64,000 nt of DNA from Candidatus Latescibacterota bacterium (GCA_965205485.1 OZ242180.1:3616001-3680000); one strand, 5' to 3'. Positions 9,852 to 20,343 are shown, numbered from the stretch's first letter. Notes: generated by a model from the sequence alone, not told the origin. A program made the numbers and translations.

Positions 9852-12800
9852 ATGATTGGTCAAATAATCGAACTCAGCCTCCGGAACCGTATTCTGGTCA
9901 TTATGGCCACGATTTTCGCAATCGCGTGGGGGGGATACGCGATGTTGAATACGCCCCTGGACGCGATTCCGGACCTGTCGGACGTGCAGGTGATCGTAAT
10001 GACTGATTATCAGGGGCAGGCGCCTCGGGTGGTGGAGGACCAGGTGACCTATCCACTCACCTCCGCCATGCTGGCCGTGCCGAAGGCAAGCGTCGTGAGA
10101 GGATATTCATTCTTCGGACTGTCGTTTGTCTATGTGATTTTCGAGGACGGTACGGATATTTATTGGGCCAGAAGCCGCGTCCTGGAGGCGCTCGACACCG
10201 TTTCGAACCGCCTGCCCGCGGGTGTTGCGCCGCGGCTCGGGCCGGATGCCACAGGGGTCGGATGGGTGTACGAATACGTGCTGGTTGACAGTACGGGGCG
10301 CCGGGATCTTTCGGAACTGCGGTCCATCCAGGACTGGTACCTGCGTTACGAACTCAGCAGCGTGCAGGGTGTAGCGGAGGTGGCAGCCGTAGGCGGGTAC
10401 GTGAAGCAGTACCAGGTAACCGTGGATCCCAACCGGCTGCTGGCCTACAATATCCCGTTGCAGAAGGTCAGGAACGCAATCCGGCGGAGCAATAATGACG
10501 TTGGCGGGCGCATCGTGGAATTCGGTGAATCGGAGTTTATGGTCCGCGGCCTGGGGTATCTGCGTTCGACGGAGGATATTCGAAACGTCGCCGTCGGTGT
10601 CGACACACGGGGCACCCCGGTAAGAGTAGGTGATATCGCCGCAGTACAACTGGGTCCCGAGCTTCGCAGGGGTCTGGCTGAATGGAACGGCGAGGGCGAG
10701 GTCGTGGGCGGCATCGTCGTGATGCGTTACGGCGAAAACGCGCTGGCAGTGATCGATCGCGTCAAGGAGAAAATCGAGTCGCTAAAACCCGGTCTGCCCG
10801 AAGGCGTTGAAATCAGGACCGCCTATGACCGGTCCGCGCTCATTCGCAGCGCCATCGACAATCTGCGTAACAAGCTCATCGAGGAGATGTCGGTGGTCGC
10901 GCTTGTATGCGTCGTGTTCCTGCTGCACTTTCGCAGCGCATTCGTGGCGATCTTCGCGCTTTCAACCGGCGTGCTGGTTTCTTTCGGGATGATGTACACA
11001 CAGGGTGTGAGCTCCAACATCATGTCGCTGGGCGGAATTGCGGTCGCCATCGGCGCGATGGTCGATGCGTCGATCGTGATGATCGAGAACGCACATAAAC
11101 ACCTCGAGCAGGACAACGGGAAGCTGAGCCATCTCGAGATTGTCGCTCGAGCGTCAAAGGAGGTCGGTCCTGCCCTCTTTTATTCTCTACTGTTGATCAC
11201 GGTGTCGTTCCTTCCCGTGTTCACGCTTCAGGCTCAAGAGGGGCGGTTGTTCAAGCCTTTGGCCTATACGAAGACGTACGCGATGGGCGGGGCGGCGTTA
11301 CTCGCCGTCACGCTCGTTCCCGTTCTCGTGAGCTTTTTCGTCCGGGGCAGAATCCGGCCGGAGGCGCGAAATCCCAGCAGCAGGTTCTTCATCTGGACCT
11401 ACCGTCCGATGATCGATTGGGTCCTGAAACACAGGGTCGCCACGGTTCTGCTGGCGGTGGCCGTGTTGTTCGTGACGCTCTTTCCGTTCAGGAGCACGGT
11501 TCTCGATCGATTTTCTGATGCGCCGCGCAGCGTCGCGTATCGTGCGCTTCTGAGGCTGGACCGCCTGTTTCCCCTGGAGAAGATCGGTTCGGAATTCATG
11601 CCGCCCCTGTACGAGGGAGACCTTCTCTACATGCCTACCACCCTGCCTGGAATCTCCGTGACCCGTGCGCGTGAATTGCTGCAGCAGACGGACAAGATCA
11701 TCAAGTCGTTTCCGGAGGTCCAGGACGTATTCGGGAAGATCGGGCGCGCCGAGACCGCAACCGATCCGGCGCCGCTTTCAATGATCGAGACTACGATTAC
11801 GTTGAAGCCGGAAAACGAGTGGCGCCCGGGCATGACACCCGAAAAGCTGATCGACCAATTGAACCGGGCGATACAATTCCCCGGCCTGACCAATTCGTGG
11901 ACGATGCCCATCAAGACGAGAATCGACATGCTGTCGACCGGGATCAAGACGCCGGTTGGCGTGAAAGTCGCGGGTGAGGACCTGGAGGTGTTGCAGCGCC
12001 TCGGCGAGCAGATCGAAGGGGTAATCCGCAATCTGCCGGGCACTCTGAGCGTGTTTGCCGAACGCGTCGTTGGCGGAAACTACCTCGACTTCGAAATCAA
12101 CCGGGAAGAAGCAGCGCGCTACGGACTTACGACAGGAGACGTTCAGGACGTGATCATGTTCGCGGTCGGCGGGATGAATATCACAACGACCGTTGAGGGC
12201 CTTGAGCGCTATCCGGTCAATCTGCGCTATGACAGGGAACTGCGCGACAACCTGCCGGCGTTGCGCCGGGTGCTGGTGCCAACACCCACCGGCGCCCAGA
12301 TTCCCATCCAGCAACTCGCGGACATCCGGATCAGAAAAGGGCCGCCGGGGATCAAGAGCGAGAACGCGCGTTTGAACGCGTGGGTGTACGTGGATATCCA
12401 GGGCATCGACGTTGGAACCTATGTGAAGCGCGCACAGCAGGCTGTGTTGGAGAGCGTGTCGATGCCGCCGGGTTATTCGATCACCTGGAGCGGCCAGTAC
12501 GAGTACATGCAGAGGGCGGAGAAGCGATTGAAACTGGTCGTTCCGCTCACCCTTGGAATCATTTTTCTGTTGTTGTATCTCAACTTCAGGAATATTACGG
12601 AGAGCCTCATCGTGATGCTGTCCCTTCCGTTCGCGATGGTGGGCGGGATCTGGCTGATGTATCTGCTGGATTACAATATGAGTGTTGCGGTAGGTGTCGG
12701 ATTCATTGCTCTGGGCGGTCTGGCGGCCGAGACGGGGGTGGTCATGCTGGTCTATCTCGATCATGCGTACGAACGTATTCGGAAGGAGCGAGGTGGCGGG

Positions 12801-13055
12801 ATGAATGCTTCGGACCTGAGGACAGCGGTCATCTCCGGCGCCGTGGAACGGGTCCGGCCGAAGATGATGACTGTACTCACGACGCTGCTGGCGTTGCTTC
12901 CCATTATGTGGGGACACGGCATCGGGTCTCAGACGATGAAGCGCATTGCCGCGCCGATGGTGGGCGGGGTCGCTTCCTCCGCGTTGCTCACGCTTATTGT
13001 GATTCCCGCGATTTACGCGTTGTGGAAAGGCCGATCATTGAAAGATGGGAGTTGA
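9852..13055 (+). CDS. cusA: CusA/CzcA heavy-metal RND efflux transporter
   Basis: LDAIPDLSDVQVI, GPDATGVGWVYEY, GSEFMPPLYEGDLLYMP, ERVRPKMMT, MKRIAAPMVGG. Confidence 0.95.
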   Translation: MIGQIIELSLRNRILVIMATIFAIAWGGYAMLNTPLDAIPDLSDVQVIVMTDYQGQAPRVVEDQVTYPLTSAMLAVPKASVVRGYSFFGLSFVYVIFEDGTDIYWARSRVLEALDTVSNRLPAGVAPRLGPDATGVGWVYEYVLVDSTGRRDLSELRSIQDWYLRYELSSVQGVAEVAAVGGYVKQYQVTVDPNRLLAYNIPLQKVRNAIRRSNNDVGGRIVEFGESEFMVRGLGYLRSTEDIRNVAVGVDTRGTPVRVGDIAAVQLGPELRRGLAEWNGEGEVVGGIVVMRYGENALAVIDRVKEKIESLKPGLPEGVEIRTAYDRSALIRSAIDNLRNKLIEEMSVVALVCVVFLLHFRSAFVAIFALSTGVLVSFGMMYTQGVSSNIMSLGGIAVAIGAMVDASIVMIENAHKHLEQDNGKLSHLEIVARASKEVGPALFYSLLLITVSFLPVFTLQAQEGRLFKPLAYTKTYAMGGAALLAVTLVPVLVSFFVRGRIRPEARNPSSRFFIWTYRPMIDWVLKHRVATVLLAVAVLFVTLFPFRSTVLDRFSDAPRSVAYRALLRLDRLFPLEKIGSEFMPPLYEGDLLYMPTTLPGISVTRARELLQQTDKIIKSFPEVQDVFGKIGRAETATDPAPLSMIETTITLKPENEWRPGMTPEKLIDQLNRAIQFPGLTNSWTMPIKTRIDMLSTGIKTPVGVKVAGEDLEVLQRLGEQIEGVIRNLPGTLSVFAERVVGGNYLDFEINREEAARYGLTTGDVQDVIMFAVGGMNITTTVEGLERYPVNLRYDRELRDNLPALRRVLVPTPTGAQIPIQQLADIRIRKGPPGIKSENARLNAWVYVDIQGIDVGTYVKRAQQAVLESVSMPPGYSITWSGQYEYMQRAEKRLKLVVPLTLGIIFLLLYLNFRNITESLIVMLSLPFAMVGGIWLMYLLDYNMSVAVGVGFIALGGLAAETGVVMLVYLDHAYERIRKERGGGMNASDLRTAVISGAVERVRPKMMTVLTTLLALLPIMWGHGIGSQTMKRIAAPMVGGVASSALLTLIVIPAIYALWKGRSLKDGS

Positions 13056-13146
13056 TTAAAAATGGGTGTTGTCATATATTCGAAGCCAAAGTCCTCATGT
13101 TCAGGGAATGGCCCGAACTTTCCCTTTCTTTACAGGAGATAGAATC

Positions 13147-13500
13147 ATGCGCACGTTCGTTTCTGTTCTGCTATCCAGTGTGTTCGCGTTCTCCCTCATC
13201 GCCGTCTCCGGCTGTTCCACGGCCGAGACCCGAACGACCAAAATCAATGTCCCCACGGCACAGTGCATGATGTGCGCGAACAATATTGAAAAGGCATTGA
13301 AAAAGGTGGACGGCGTATCGGAGGTGGCCGTCGACATGGATGTCAAGGTTGTCAGCGTGACTTACGATGCGTCGCTTACCGAGGCGGCGGCGTTGGAAAA
13401 GGCAATCACCGGGGCGGGTTATCAGGCGAATCAGGCCGCTGCCGACAGCGCGGTCTACGCGAAACTGCCGGACTGCTGCAAGGTTCCTCAGACCCAATAG
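13147..13500 (+). CDS. Exported heavy-metal-associated (HMA) domain protein, likely lipoprotein
   Basis: Signal peptide ending VSGC, CMMC motif, C-terminal YAKLPDCC. SD AGGAG. Confidence 0.85.
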   Translation: MRTFVSVLLSSVFAFSLIAVSGCSTAETRTTKINVPTAQCMMCANNIEKALKKVDGVSEVAVDMDVKVVSVTYDASLTEAAALEKAITGAGYQANQAAADSAVYAKLPDCCKVPQTQ

Positions 13501-13632
13501 GCGCCTCCGGCGCAGCGGTATATATGTCGGGTCAACGTTCCGGTACGTGTTCGGGCTCGCCGTTGGCGACCGCGGTATCAATGAGCAACGGGCGCCGGGG
13601 GACGTCTCCGGACAAAGGCATTGGGGGAGTTG

Positions 13633-14112
13633 ATGTTTAGCAAGGAGATTCAATCGGCGCTGAACGAGCAGATCAACAGCGAATTCCTCGCCTGGTACAC
13701 CTATCTGGCCATGTCCTCCTATTTCAAATCGGTCAATCTGAACGGATTTGCCAGGTGGATGGGAAAGCAGGCCCAGCGCGAGATGGCGCATGCAATGAAG
13801 ATCTACGAATTCCTGCACGAACGGGAGGCGCCGGTCGGGTTCAAGTCGATTTCCGAACCTCCCGCGGACTGGCGTTCGCCGCTGGACGCGATTTCGGAGG
13901 CATACCGACGGGAACAGGACTCCAGCGGCCGGATCAACGATCTGGTCGATCTGGCCATGAAGAACCGCGCCCATGCGACCAATACGTTCCTGCAGTGGTT
14001 CGTGAACGAACAGGTGGAGGAAGAGGCCGGGCTTCGCGCGATCGTGAAGAAGCTGGAACTGGTGGGTGACGATCGATACGGTCTGTTCCTGATCGATCGC
14101 GATATGCGCTGA
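13633..14112 (+). CDS. ftnA: Non-heme ferritin
   Basis: ALNEQINSEF...YLAMSSY...EMAHAMK...FLQWFVNEQVEEE. Confidence 0.9.
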   Translation: MFSKEIQSALNEQINSEFLAWYTYLAMSSYFKSVNLNGFARWMGKQAQREMAHAMKIYEFLHEREAPVGFKSISEPPADWRSPLDAISEAYRREQDSSGRINDLVDLAMKNRAHATNTFLQWFVNEQVEEEAGLRAIVKKLELVGDDRYGLFLIDRDMR

Positions 14113-14150
14113 CTCCCGCCGGCCTTGTTGTCGTGTGGCGATCTGAATTC

Positions 14151-14188
14151 GGCCGCTTCTGGATTGGGTACCGGGGCGGCCTTTTTTT
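14151..14188 (+). terminator. Probable rho-independent terminator after ferritin
   Basis: GGCCGCTTCTGG...CCGGGGCGGCC stem followed by a T7 run. Confidence 0.55.
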
Positions 14189-14206
14189 ACCCGGGGCTGT
14201 GCAAGG

Positions 14207-14896
14207 ATGGTCTATGTCGAAGACTTATGGAAGAGATACTCCGGCGCATGGGCGCTCAGAGGTGTGTCGCTGACGGTGGCGCGCGGCAGGGTGCTGGGCG
14301 TGCTGGGAGAAAACGGAAGCGGAAAGAGTACGTTGCTCCGGATTCTGGCCGGCGTGACGCGTCCCACCCGGGGGCGGTCGCGGATCGGCGAGGTCGAGAC
14401 CGGGTTCGCCACAAAGCGGGTGGTGTCCTTTCTTCCCGAAGTCGATCCGTTTTATTCGTGGATGAGGGTGGGAGAACAACTGGCTTTCCTTTCGTCGTTC
14501 CATGCGACCTGGGATGAGGGGCGGGCCAGGAGACTGCTGGAATTCATGAATCTGCCCGAAGACCGCAAGGTGGGCGCCCTCTCGCGAGGGCAGCGGGCGC
14601 GGCTGAAAGTGGTCTCCTCATTCTCCTGGTCCCCGGAAGTGGTGCTGATGGACGAACCCCTGGGGGGAATCGATCCGCCGTCGCGCAGGCGCATCCTGGA
14701 CAGTCTGTTCAACGAGTTTCGGCATCCTGAGCAGACGGTGTTGATTTCAACGCACCTGGTATCCGACGTGGAACCGTTTATCGAAGAGGTCCTGCTTCTG
14801 CGCGACGGTGAGACATTTGCCTCGGGTCGGACGGACCAGTTGCAACAGGAGCACGGAAGGTCTCTGTCTGAGATCTTCGAAATGGCGGTTGCCTGA
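14207..14896 (+). CDS. ABC transporter ATP-binding protein
   Basis: Walker A GENGSGKST, signature LSRGQ, Walker B VLMDEP, STH. Confidence 0.9.
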   Translation: MVYVEDLWKRYSGAWALRGVSLTVARGRVLGVLGENGSGKSTLLRILAGVTRPTRGRSRIGEVETGFATKRVVSFLPEVDPFYSWMRVGEQLAFLSSFHATWDEGRARRLLEFMNLPEDRKVGALSRGQRARLKVVSSFSWSPEVVLMDEPLGGIDPPSRRRILDSLFNEFRHPEQTVLISTHLVSDVEPFIEEVLLLRDGETFASGRTDQLQQEHGRSLSEIFEMAVA

Positions 14897-14915
14897 CGTA
14901 CGAGGCCAACAGCGT

Positions 14916-15611
14916 ATGAAGATGTTTTGTGCTCTGTATATAAAGGAGTTAAGGGACGCGAGGAATTTATCCTGCATCCTTGCCATTGGCACCCTTGTGG
15001 TGCAGGGTTGGGTCCTGTTGTCCGTTGAAGCGCACGTGATCGCCCTGTTTTTTTCAGCGTTGCCCCTCTCGGCGATCATGTTTGTCCTGCCGTTTCTGCT
15101 GGCTTCCTCGTTCAACGGGGAATGGCGAGCCAATACAACCTATCTGCTCTTTGCGCTCCCCGTCCGGGCGGCTGTCGTGTGCCTCTGCAAATACGCCGCG
15201 ATTCTGAGTATCGGCCTTTTGCTGTTCTCGATTGCCGGCGCAGGCGTCTATGCCGTTGTTGCGCGCGCCCCCGGGGAAGACGTATCTCAGATTCTGGGTT
15301 TCTTCGGTGTAACACCAGCGTCGGTTTACGGATACACCGCCGGGTTCCTGGGATGCTACGCGCTCCTGACGCTTGGCATCGTTACGGCCGTGGAAGGCGC
15401 CAGGTACACGGCATCGCGACTGAGGGGTCTCGTGACGGCCGCTTCGTTTGTAACGTGCGTGATCCTATATCTTTCGATGGCAGGCTATTTCGTGAACGGT
15501 CTGCTGGGAAGTCTTCCAACTGGACCGGCAATGATGGCATACACGGTTCTCGCCGGCCTCGTCTTCATGCTGATCGGGCTCCTGTTGTTTGAGAAATTCG
15601 TGGAAATTTAG
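14916..15611 (+). CDS. ABC-2 type permease-like membrane protein
   Basis: KELR N-terminus, about 6 hydrophobic segments, YLLFALPV...CKY motif, adjacent to the ATPase. Confidence 0.7.
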   Translation: MKMFCALYIKELRDARNLSCILAIGTLVVQGWVLLSVEAHVIALFFSALPLSAIMFVLPFLLASSFNGEWRANTTYLLFALPVRAAVVCLCKYAAILSIGLLLFSIAGAGVYAVVARAPGEDVSQILGFFGVTPASVYGYTAGFLGCYALLTLGIVTAVEGARYTASRLRGLVTAASFVTCVILYLSMAGYFVNGLLGSLPTGPAMMAYTVLAGLVFMLIGLLLFEKFVEI

Positions 15612-15712
15612 ACCATTTTTGTGGTGGATCCGGTAGAACAGGCGCATGCGTCCAGTGTTCTGTCCCGAAGATAAGTTGCCTGAATTCGACCGCCGAGTCG
15701 CCCGGCTCGCAT

Positions 15713-15861
15713 CCCTTCGACCGGCTCAGGGCGGCGCCTTCGAAAGGCACAGGAATCGGCGGGCGAGACCTGAGCCGCTCCCTGAGCTTGTCGAAGGGTC
15801 GGCGAAGGGATATCGATTGGCCATCGACGGATTTTGGAACGCGGGCATTTCGACAAGCTCA
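15713..15861. repeat. Cluster of REP-like CCCTGAGCTTGTCGAAGGG units in both orientations
   Basis: Inverted unit at 15713-15731, direct unit at 15780-15798, partial inverted unit at 15849-15861. The 36 bp at 15770-15805 are identical to 34327-34362. Confidence 0.75.
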
Positions 15862-15959
15862 ATGACCACGTTTCAGCGAGACGGGATGAATCGGCGGTCG
15901 AATGGTGAGGAATTTTTGGGAAAGGACACTAAAAACGGCGGATATGAGAGGGCGAACCC

Positions 15960-18900
15960 ATGCCAGATACGAAAGGTTCACAAGGGAAGTTGAAACGGCC
16001 GAAAAAAAGCTATCCGGACACGGTGCTGGCCAGCCGCGGCAGACCCACATCGGCAATTGTCTGCCCGGACGATGCGCAGTATCGGGAACTGGCTTCGGAA
16101 TTGCAGGCAGCGATCCGTGACCTTTCCGGCGCGGACGTTCCCATCGTGACGGACGCGGACCCGACGACGCCTCCGGACCGCCATCTCATTCTGCTGGGAA
16201 ACGTGAACGCGAACCGCGCGGTCTTCCGTCTCTACGGATACAACTATACCCCTGCGGACGACCTGTATCCGGGCCGCGGGGGATATCTCGTTCAGACGAT
16301 TCACGACCCGTGGGGAAACGGCTCGAACGCCGTGGGTCTCTTCGGCAGCGACCCGGATGGCGTGCGTGCCGCGGTGGGGCGGTTCTCGGCGAAACTGGAA
16401 AAGGGGGAGACGCTTTCGACCGGTCCTCTGTTCGACGTGAGGTTCGGGCCGGAGGCATTGAAGATTCCGGGACTCGAAGACGAACCCGATATCGATTCTG
16501 AGATGGCGGCCGCGGAGGAGGCATTGCGCCGGGGGGAACATACGGGCCTTTGGGGCCGGATCGGCGAGCGGGGGCTCTTGTACGGGCTTACCGGAAAAGA
16601 CGTCTATGCCGAGCTGTATAAGCGCCTCGTGTACCGGATGTACCGGCACGCGATGTCCGATCCGGACAACTACGGCGGCATCTGGGGATTCGACGCCGAT
16701 TTTGCACTGCATAAAGTGATGCCGGGTTGGGACCTCGTCGAGGAGAGCCCGGTGATCTCGGAGGACGACCGGCTGCGGATTACCCGGATCCTGTTCGAGT
16801 TCATCAGCGACTGCGTGTCACACGTGGGCGATATGGAAGTGCCCCGCGTGAGGCACAACCACACCACGTTCGCCGCATTGGGGCTGCACTACGCCGGCGC
16901 CTATTTCCGGAAGTATTACGGGATTCCGGAAGCGGACGCGTGGCTGGCGCTGTCCGACGCGTGTTTCCGGTTCCAGGCAAAGGCGTTCAAGCCTCACGAA
17001 GACTGCAGCGGGTACCAGTGGTTGACCCATTACCACCTGACCAGGTATTCGCTCTCCAGTGGAGATATGACGTTCTTCGAGAACGGGTGCGCCCGGAAGG
17101 CGGCCGACTACGCCGTCCTGACAACGGACAATCTGGGCTATGCACTGCCCTATGGCGACAATGCCTCGCCTTTCGGATGGTGGAGCGAGCTGCCCTATCT
17201 GCGGGCTGCCGTTTTCGCGCTGGAAGACGGGCGATATCAGTGGATGCTCGACAGGAAGACGGTCGTCGAGCCTCGATTCGCGGCATACGAATACCACAGA
17301 CGGGTGACCCCGGTCGAGCCAGCGGACCTTGACGGCACGCAGGTGTTCCCGGTGGATCCGCTGTATTACGCGTCGAATCAGGGGAATGACCATCTGCCGT
17401 TGAAGAAAACCGTCGACAAGGTCGTATTCCGGGACGGGTACGATCCTATGGCGCAGTATCTGTTCCTGGACGGGCTCTCGAACGGAGGGCACAAACATTA
17501 CGACGGGAATTCGATTTGCCGCATAACCCAGCGGCGGCGGATCTGGCTGGCCGATTGCGACTATATCAAGTCGTTACCCAAGTTTCACAACGGCGTGCTG
17601 GTTTTCAGGAACGGACAGTCCGCCGAGATTCCGCCGTTCGTGGAGCTCGAGCGCGCCGCGAACTTCGACCGATCGGGCTTCTCCGAGACCACGCTGCGCG
17701 ACTACAGCGGGGTGGACTGGCACCGCAACATCCTCTGGAACCGGGGTCGGTTCTTCCTGGTGATCGATGAGATGGAAGCCCTGTCGGACGATGATTTCGG
17801 TTTCAGGGCGATCTGGCAGACGCTGGGCGACGTGGCATTGCGCGGCGGCGGCCTGACGGTGGAGCAGGACGGAGAGCGGTTTTTCATCCAGGGACTGAAG
17901 GGACCTTCGCTGAAGCTGGAAGACGACGGGGAAACGGGCAGGAACTGGACGGAATATCCGCACGCGGAACCGGTCGTGCGGATCCTTCAGCAGATCGTGG
18001 ACGTACGATTGAAGGCTCATGAGACCTATCGGTTCTTCAACCTTCTCTATTGCGGCAGCGAACCGGCCACACGGAGTTTGAAGTTGACGCGGCTGACGGA
18101 TGGCGCCGTCCGGATTGACGGTGGTGAGGAAGTCGTCTACGCCGGCACGGGAGAACCCGGTGAACCGGTCGAGATTCCAGGCGGTCCCACCGTGGCCGCG
18201 GCTCAGTTCATGGTCTCTCCGTCCCGTTTCGCGGTCGTTGACGGCACGCGGGTAGGGTGGGGAGGGGTGGAACTGCGTTCGGAACAACCGGTGTCTATGG
18301 AGTACGATCCGGTTCGGTGCGAGGGTCGGGCGGCCGCCCGGCAGGGCGTCAGGCTGTACCTGTGGTCGGATGGTCGCTCGGGCGTTAGTATCGACGGAAA
18401 AGCCGTGGATGCGTCCGTTTCCGGCGACATGGTGTCTTTTGCATTGCCCGCCGGCGACCATCGATTCCGCGTGGTGCCTGACGCCGTAATGTCTCTGCGC
18501 AGGGCGGCCACGCGTACGGTGCGCTCGAATGCGTCGCAGCCTGAATTGATCCGACCCGGCCGGGGCCGCACGGGTCGATTGAAGCCGCTCTGGACCTTTG
18601 GGGAAGAGGGACCGTTTCTCTCGTTGTACGCGGCAGACCTGATGCGGGACGGATCGGACGTGCTGGTGGCGGGCGGCCGGGGCGCGTCCGTATGTGCGCT
18701 GCGGGATGGCGCCGCGCTCTGGCGGTTCCGCACCGGAGGCGAGGTGAGGTCCGTATGGGCCGCGGATCTGGCGGGTGACGGCAGGGCACGGGTAATTGCA
18801 GGGTCCGCGGATACGAAGGTCTACGTGCTCAGCGCAAGCGGAAGGGTGATGTGGGACTATGAAATCCCACTCTACTACCGAAAGCCAATGCTGAAAACCG

Positions 18901-19658
18901 TATTTGCAGGCGACATCAACGGGGACGGCAAGCTGGAGGTGATCGCCGGAGCCGAGTCCTGGCGCTACTATGCGTTCACCCACGAGGGAAAGCTGCTGTG
19001 GTATCAGATGACCGTACACTCATCCACCCAGGGCTGCGCGGCGGATATCGACGGCGACGGCAGGGACGAGGTGATCGCCGGAACGGAATACCATCGCTGG
19101 CACTGCATTGACGGTAGCGGAGCGATCCGATGGTCCTACCATCCCAGTACCGGCCCACGGACCAATTCCGCCACGGCGGGCGATCTGAATGGGGACGGCA
19201 TGAAGGAAGTGGTCTTCGCGGGGGCCGACACGCATATTCATACCCTTGGCGCAGACGGAGGGCTCCTCTGGCAGTTCAATACCGGGGACGAGGTGACGCA
19301 GGTCGTCACGGAGGATATGGATGGGGACGGGCTGGACGAGGTGGTCGCGTCTTCGATGAGTTTCAACGTGTACGTGATCAAGGGCGACGGGCGGACCGTT
19401 GTATGGCGTGCGGACCTCGGGGAGGTCGTGCGTTGTATTGCCGTGGGTGATTTCGACGGAGACGGAAGACCCGAGGTCGCCGCGGGGACCGAGGATGGCG
19501 TCGTGCATCTGCTTGCGAACCGTGATGGACGTACGCTGGCGCGTTTCAAAACCGGCGGCGCGCTGATGACAATGGCCGCGGCGGACGTGGACGGGGACGG
19601 CATTCCGGAAATCGCGGCGGCTTCCGGCGACGGGGCGCTTTACGTATTGAAGCGGTAG
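15960..19658 (+). CDS. Large multidomain protein: heparinase II/III-like module plus C-terminal FG-GAP/PQQ-type beta-propeller
   Basis: RHNHTTF, GHKHYDGNSI, FHNGVLV and WHRNILW motifs. Many DxDGDGxxEV repeats in the last ~350 aa. Confidence 0.65.
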   Translation: MPDTKGSQGKLKRPKKSYPDTVLASRGRPTSAIVCPDDAQYRELASELQAAIRDLSGADVPIVTDADPTTPPDRHLILLGNVNANRAVFRLYGYNYTPADDLYPGRGGYLVQTIHDPWGNGSNAVGLFGSDPDGVRAAVGRFSAKLEKGETLSTGPLFDVRFGPEALKIPGLEDEPDIDSEMAAAEEALRRGEHTGLWGRIGERGLLYGLTGKDVYAELYKRLVYRMYRHAMSDPDNYGGIWGFDADFALHKVMPGWDLVEESPVISEDDRLRITRILFEFISDCVSHVGDMEVPRVRHNHTTFAALGLHYAGAYFRKYYGIPEADAWLALSDACFRFQAKAFKPHEDCSGYQWLTHYHLTRYSLSSGDMTFFENGCARKAADYAVLTTDNLGYALPYGDNASPFGWWSELPYLRAAVFALEDGRYQWMLDRKTVVEPRFAAYEYHRRVTPVEPADLDGTQVFPVDPLYYASNQGNDHLPLKKTVDKVVFRDGYDPMAQYLFLDGLSNGGHKHYDGNSICRITQRRRIWLADCDYIKSLPKFHNGVLVFRNGQSAEIPPFVELERAANFDRSGFSETTLRDYSGVDWHRNILWNRGRFFLVIDEMEALSDDDFGFRAIWQTLGDVALRGGGLTVEQDGERFFIQGLKGPSLKLEDDGETGRNWTEYPHAEPVVRILQQIVDVRLKAHETYRFFNLLYCGSEPATRSLKLTRLTDGAVRIDGGEEVVYAGTGEPGEPVEIPGGPTVAAAQFMVSPSRFAVVDGTRVGWGGVELRSEQPVSMEYDPVRCEGRAAARQGVRLYLWSDGRSGVSIDGKAVDASVSGDMVSFALPAGDHRFRVVPDAVMSLRRAATRTVRSNASQPELIRPGRGRTGRLKPLWTFGEEGPFLSLYAADLMRDGSDVLVAGGRGASVCALRDGAALWRFRTGGEVRSVWAADLAGDGRARVIAGSADTKVYVLSASGRVMWDYEIPLYYRKPMLKTVFAGDINGDGKLEVIAGAESWRYYAFTHEGKLLWYQMTVHSSTQGCAADIDGDGRDEVIAGTEYHRWHCIDGSGAIRWSYHPSTGPRTNSATAGDLNGDGMKEVVFAGADTHIHTLGADGGLLWQFNTGDEVTQVVTEDMDGDGLDEVVASSMSFNVYVIKGDGRTVVWRADLGEVVRCIAVGDFDGDGRPEVAAGTEDGVVHLLANRDGRTLARFKTGGALMTMAAADVDGDGIPEIAAASGDGALYVLKR

Positions 19659-19667
19659 GCCGACCCC

Positions 19668-19704
19668 GCAGCCCTGCGAAGACCGCTGGGTATTTTGAGA
19701 CAGC
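19668..19704. mobile_element. Solitary right end of MITE family A
   Basis: GCAGCCCTGCGAAGACCGCTGGGTATTTTGAGACAGC, 3 mismatches in 37 nt versus the right end of 30377-30540. Confidence 0.65.
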
Positions 19705-19706
19705 GA

Positions 19707-20267
19707 CTAAAGACCCAGTTCATCCGCGATGCCGGCCATTGCGTCACGCACGAATGCGATATGTTCGTCCAGGTCCACCCCGAGTTCCGATGCCCCCGTG
19801 AGGATGTCGTCACGGCTGACGGCCCGCGCGAATCCTTTCTGTTTCATCTTCCTGCGTACGGACGAGGTCTTCAGGTCCGCCAGTTTCCTCGAAGGTTGCA
19901 TCAGCGTGACGGCGACGATAAACCCGGTGAGTTCATCCACGGCGAACAGGGCCCTGTCGAGCAGGCTGTCCCTGGGCACGCCAAGGTACGTGGCGTGAGA
20001 TTTGATCGCGTGGATGACGTCCGCCGGATATCCTCTTTCCGAAAGGATGCTGACGCCGAACATCGGGTGCTCTTCGGGGCTGGGGTGTTTCTCGTAGTCG
20101 AAGTCGTGCAGCAGCCCGGTGATGCCCCACAGATCCTCGTCCTGCCCGAATTTTCGGGCGTAGGCCCGCATTGCCGCCTCCACAGCCAGCATATGCTTGA
20201 CGAGGTTCGGATTCTTCGTGTGTTCGCACAACAGTTGAAAGGCTTCATCCCTGCTCGGTAGTGACAT
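19707..20267 (-). CDS. HD/HDIG-domain metal-dependent hydrolase
   Basis: KHMLAVEAAM...GLLHDFDYE...HP...IKSH...LFAVDELTG. Confidence 0.9.
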   Translation of the reverse strand: MSLPSRDEAFQLLCEHTKNPNLVKHMLAVEAAMRAYARKFGQDEDLWGITGLLHDFDYEKHPSPEEHPMFGVSILSERGYPADVIHAIKSHATYLGVPRDSLLDRALFAVDELTGFIVAVTLMQPSRKLADLKTSSVRRKMKQKGFARAVSRDDILTGASELGVDLDEHIAFVRDAMAGIADELGL

Positions 20268-20343
20268 CAGGGCTCCTTTTCCATGCCATATAGCCGTTGC
20301 CCAGGGTATTCCGTTTGCCTTGATGGAGCGTCTTTGCGGCGGT

